Shown here piece after piece: positions 28,818-32,000 of a DNA stretch of 32,000 bases (position 1 is its first letter; every line of letters starts with the position of its first letter). The notes under the pieces are model-generated. The model worked only from the letters and a program-made list of their open reading frames with translations. It did no database searches and was not told the origin of the DNA. The translations under genes and the position numbers were made by a program. This stretch comes from Synechocystis sp. PCC 6803 substr. PCC-P (lineage in GTDB: Bacteria > Cyanobacteriota > Cyanobacteriia > Cyanobacteriales > Microcystaceae), in the NCBI RefSeq assembly GCF_000284455.1, contig NC_017039.1, positions 60,001 to 92,000 of the forward strand, read 5' to 3'.

Positions 28818-30506
28818 TTAATGGGCCAAATGCGCCGCCGGGTCTAATTCCTCCAGGATGGTGAACTGCACATGATTAATCGCCAACTCACCAATGGAAA
28901 CCACCTGCTTATTGACGGGAATGCCCTGACTCAATAATTGCTCAAAGGGTACATCCTTGGCGGTTTCGGCATGGTACCAAGCCAAACCCATAAAGAAACG
29001 GGTGGGGTACGGGCCACCGTCATTGGTGTCGTCGGGGTTAGATTCCATGGGCAACCAACCAATGCCAGGTAAATAAAATTCAAACCAAACATGGTTGAAG
29101 TCCGGCTCCATAGGCAAATTACGCTGGAGGGGATGGGGTGGACATTTATAGCGGCCAGCGGTGCGGCAAGCAATGCCATTCAAACGAGCTAGGGCTAACA
29201 AAACTCCCACATATTCCCCACAGGAACCGACCCCCCGGCGGAGAGCTAAGTCAGGGGTATCAATATGAGGTTTTATGCCGTAGGAAAGGCGATCGTAGAC
29301 ATAGTTCCGGATATTGAACATTTGGCGGAGGAGGTTGGTTTCCCGACCGATCGCCTCGGCCGCCGCCCGGATAATAATGTCCGTTTCCATGCTGAGGTTG
29401 TCGTTATCCACCAGGTAACGGTCGGCAAAACCCTCAGGTAAGGCGGGAAGATGCTCACAATCACTGGGTTTCAGGCGATATTTAATGCCCCATACTTCCA
29501 TTTCCACCCGCCAGCCAAACACGGCCCGACTATCTAAATCAAGCTGGTCAAACTCAAACACCGCCACCTTTTGACCGTTGACATCATCAATGCGGCTAAA
29601 GGGTAAACCCACCGATTCAATTTTGCGAATTCTTTGGCGGGGGGTGACCGCCGGTAGAGCCATGCGCCATTCCACTTGTTTTAAATCAACGGGGTCCAGG
29701 GGGGCCAGCTCCTCAACGTAACGCATCTCCACCAGGTAACCGTTGGAAAAGGCACAGCACTGGTGGGGGTCGTTATAGAAATAGAGGGGATGGATGAAGG
29801 TGGTCTCCCGATACATCAACTCATGGTTAGGATCGGCGTTGGGATTGTCCCGGACGTAGGGTTCCTGTTGTACGTAGGCCACATAGAGGGTCGCTTTCCC
29901 TACGGCTTGATCATCATAAAAAGCCAGGCCAGTGGGGCTTTCAAAGGGGGTAATCAGGCTAAAGTTAATTTCCCCGGTGGCCCGGTCGAGGCAATAGACA
30001 CTCTGTTCAGCACTGTCACAGACCCACAGTTCTTCCCCCCGCACGGTAATGTTTTCCACCCCAATGCCGGGACTGTAAAAAGTCGCCACTAGCTTGCGGG
30101 TATCCCGGCCATAGACCCAGATGTGGCCCCGTTTATGGCAGGTGATGTACACAGTGCTTTCCCAGATGGCCACCCCATTGACTGGGTCATCAAACCAAGC
30201 AAATACCTCGGGCTTGAGGTCTGGCCCCTCCAGATTACAGGTGTACACATACTGTCCTGAGCTAAACCATAACTGCCTGTCGGCGATCGCCAGGCCGGTG
30301 GCCCCGATGAATTCCTGCCAGTACTGGCCATTGAGCAACTTAGTGTTGTTGGTGTAGGGATCGATTTCCAACAGATAACCATTTTTGCTGTCCACAGCCA
30401 AGAGACGCTCTCCATCGAAGACAATGCCATGGATGGAAACAGCGGCCACGGGACGAATGGTTTTTCCCACAAAAGTAGATGAATCGGGCACAGAATCGAC
30501 AACCAT
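28818..30506 (-). CDS. Fusion of an N-terminal beta-propeller-like region with a C-terminal transglutaminase-like domain
   Basis: N-terminal repeated blades (GIVFDGERLLAVDSKNGYLLEIDPYT, GLAIADRQLWFSSGQ, NGVAIWESTVYITC, NITVRGEELWVCDS). C-terminal Cys-His-Asp triad in GSCGEYVGVLLALARLNGI, FNHVWFEFYLPGIGW, ESNPDD. The ORF opens at 30536; MVVDSVPD at 30506 is the likely start. Confidence 0.88.
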   Translation of the reverse strand: MVVDSVPDSSTFVGKTIRPVAAVSIHGIVFDGERLLAVDSKNGYLLEIDPYTNNTKLLNGQYWQEFIGATGLAIADRQLWFSSGQYVYTCNLEGPDLKPEVFAWFDDPVNGVAIWESTVYITCHKRGHIWVYGRDTRKLVATFYSPGIGVENITVRGEELWVCDSAEQSVYCLDRATGEINFSLITPFESPTGLAFYDDQAVGKATLYVAYVQQEPYVRDNPNADPNHELMYRETTFIHPLYFYNDPHQCCAFSNGYLVEMRYVEELAPLDPVDLKQVEWRMALPAVTPRQRIRKIESVGLPFSRIDDVNGQKVAVFEFDQLDLDSRAVFGWRVEMEVWGIKYRLKPSDCEHLPALPEGFADRYLVDNDNLSMETDIIIRAAAEAIGRETNLLRQMFNIRNYVYDRLSYGIKPHIDTPDLALRRGVGSCGEYVGVLLALARLNGIACRTAGRYKCPPHPLQRNLPMEPDFNHVWFEFYLPGIGWLPMESNPDDTNDGGPYPTRFFMGLAWYHAETAKDVPFEQLLSQGIPVNKQVVSIGELAINHVQFTILEELDPAAHLAH

Positions 30507-30736
30507 AGACACTAGATGGCAGGACAGTTTAGGCAATTCTACAGCTTAACAAAGGGACCGGTGGAGCAGATGCTCATCACGAACGTTCCCCTCCTACTGT
30601 CCCTAGAGGTCGTGCTACCATGCCGTTAGAATGGAAAGGAGGGCAACAAAAACCACTGTTAAACTGTCCTTCTGTCCTAGGAAAGTGCTTCTGTCTGGGC
30701 ACAATGTTGAGAGAAATTGCCAAAAGGATTGAGACA

Positions 30737-31411
30737 ATGGCTAATAGGATAGGTTCACTAAGTTTGGGTTTACTCACTGCCCTAATGGGGGGAGAGTCCC
30801 TGGTATCCGTGGCGACGGCCGTCCCTTCGGCCCCCCCCCTGGCGATCGCCCAGAATGGAGTTTCCCCTTTGACGGTGGACGTTTTAAAAAACCTGAGCTA
30901 CACCATTCCCGACCAAGGTACATATTCCCTTAACAATGGTGTGTTCGCTGGGGGAACTTTTAGCCTTAATCTGATCAAGCCCATTGCCATTGGGGATGTG
31001 GACCAAGACGGCGACCAGGATGGGGCGGTGATTCTCCGCCGACAGAGTGTAGTTAGTGCCGACGAATTGATCTATCTAGCGGTGGTGACCGTGGAGCCCG
31101 ATGGTTCCCCCACTAACCCTGACACCTATTTCCTTGGCGATCGGGTGCGGGTGCAAAGTTTAGTGGTTAAAAATGGGCAAATCCGTCTCAACATCTTGAA
31201 GCACCAGCCGGGAGATCCCCAATGTTGCCCCAGTGCACTGGTTTCGGAGGCGTATCAGTTGAACAGTGGAGAAGGGACCCTCGCGCCGATCACCCTCAAT
31301 GAACAGCAACGCCAAGAAATTCACATTCAGGATTTACCAAGCCAGGCCCTTCCGGGGGATCAAGACGAGCCATTCCAGCCCTCCCTCGATCAATTCCAAA
31401 TTCAACTCTAG
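30737..31411 (+). CDS. Exported hypothetical protein with signal peptide
   Basis: MANRIGSLSLGLLTALMGGESLVSVATAVPSAPPLAIA looks like a signal peptide. The mature part contains VDQDGDQDGAVIL, an EF-like acidic repeat. The ORF opens at 30620. Confidence 0.75.
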   Translation: MANRIGSLSLGLLTALMGGESLVSVATAVPSAPPLAIAQNGVSPLTVDVLKNLSYTIPDQGTYSLNNGVFAGGTFSLNLIKPIAIGDVDQDGDQDGAVILRRQSVVSADELIYLAVVTVEPDGSPTNPDTYFLGDRVRVQSLVVKNGQIRLNILKHQPGDPQCCPSALVSEAYQLNSGEGTLAPITLNEQQRQEIHIQDLPSQALPGDQDEPFQPSLDQFQIQL

Positions 31412-31517
31412 CCTTTCCATATAGGGAAGTTAACTATTCGTTACCGCTCTTTTACTGAATTTATTGTTGGTTTTACTAAACATTGACCTTTTTCCCAGTC
31501 ACAGCGGAGCTAAACCA

Positions 31518-32000
31518 TGGAAGCCTTTTTTCTCTTCTTTCTCGTCTTCTTCGGATCGGCGATCGGTACATCCGTCAAAATTGTTAACGAAAAAAATGAA
31601 TACCTAGTGGAACGCCTAGGAAGTTATAACAAAAAACTTACCCCAGGGCTGAATTTTACGGTTCCTATTTTGGATCGGGTCGTTTTTAAGCAAACCACCA
31701 GGGAAAAAGTCATCGACATTCCCCCCCAATCCTGTATTACCAAAGACAACGTGGCCATCACCGCCGATGCTGTGGTCTATTGGCGCATTATCGATATGGA
31801 GAAAGCTTATTACAAGGTGGAAAATTTACAGTCCGCCATGGTGAACTTGGTGTTGACCCAAATCCGCTCTGAAATTGGCAAGCTTGAGTTGGACCAAACC
31901 TTCACTGCCCGGACGGAAATTAATGAATTACTACTGCGGGAACTGGATATTTCCACCGACCCTTGGGGGGTGAAGGTTACTAGGGTGGAATTACGGGACA
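31518..32000 (+). CDS. Band-7 / stomatin-prohibitin family protein, 3' end outside window
   Basis: ATG 31518, [55 protein letters not shown]...[33 protein letters not shown]. Missing from the track because there is no stop in the window. Confidence 0.95.

Noticed and set aside
1-32000. CRISPR arrays, IS elements, tRNA genes or prophage modules
   Set aside because: No regularly spaced repeats, transposase-like ORFs, cloverleaf-type sequences or phage structural genes were recognised by eye. A tRNAscan or Infernal run would be needed to exclude small RNAs formally.

Overview
This 32 kb window is a gene-dense cyanobacterial chromosomal segment. Gene content and order look Synechocystis-like, but I recognised that from memory and did not search. 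It carries about 26 supportable coding regions. Recognisable genes include a GNAT acetyltransferase cut by the window start, an ABC exporter ATPase and permease, two SAM methyltransferases flanking a DinB-like protein, a metallophosphoesterase, a WecB/TagA/CpsF glycosyltransferase, tsaB, a GDSL esterase, a giant UPF0182 membrane protein, a prepilin peptidase (pilD), adk, dapB, an atypical CGLC thioredoxin, purL, an ADP-ribose-type NUDIX hydrolase, an HlyD-type periplasmic adaptor, gmk, a tandem-domain histidine phosphatase, a UDP-glycosyltransferase, a half-size TauE/SafE permease, cpcF, a beta-propeller/transglutaminase fusion, and a band-7/prohibitin protein cut by the window end. I see no CRISPR array, no complete mobile element and no convincing tRNA or rRNA. 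The most worthwhile leads are: (1) a small overlapping DUF4160/DUF2442-like gene pair, TA-like in layout, inserted between purL and the thioredoxin gene and bracketed by a 17-bp direct repeat that duplicates the purL 3' end; (2) the propeller plus transglutaminase fusion; (3) two coiled-coil orphan genes directly downstream of UPF0182; (4) the methyltransferase-DinB-methyltransferase cluster; (5) a short interspersed repeat carried in frame inside the metallophosphoesterase. Nothing here amounts to a demonstrated new defence or mobile system.
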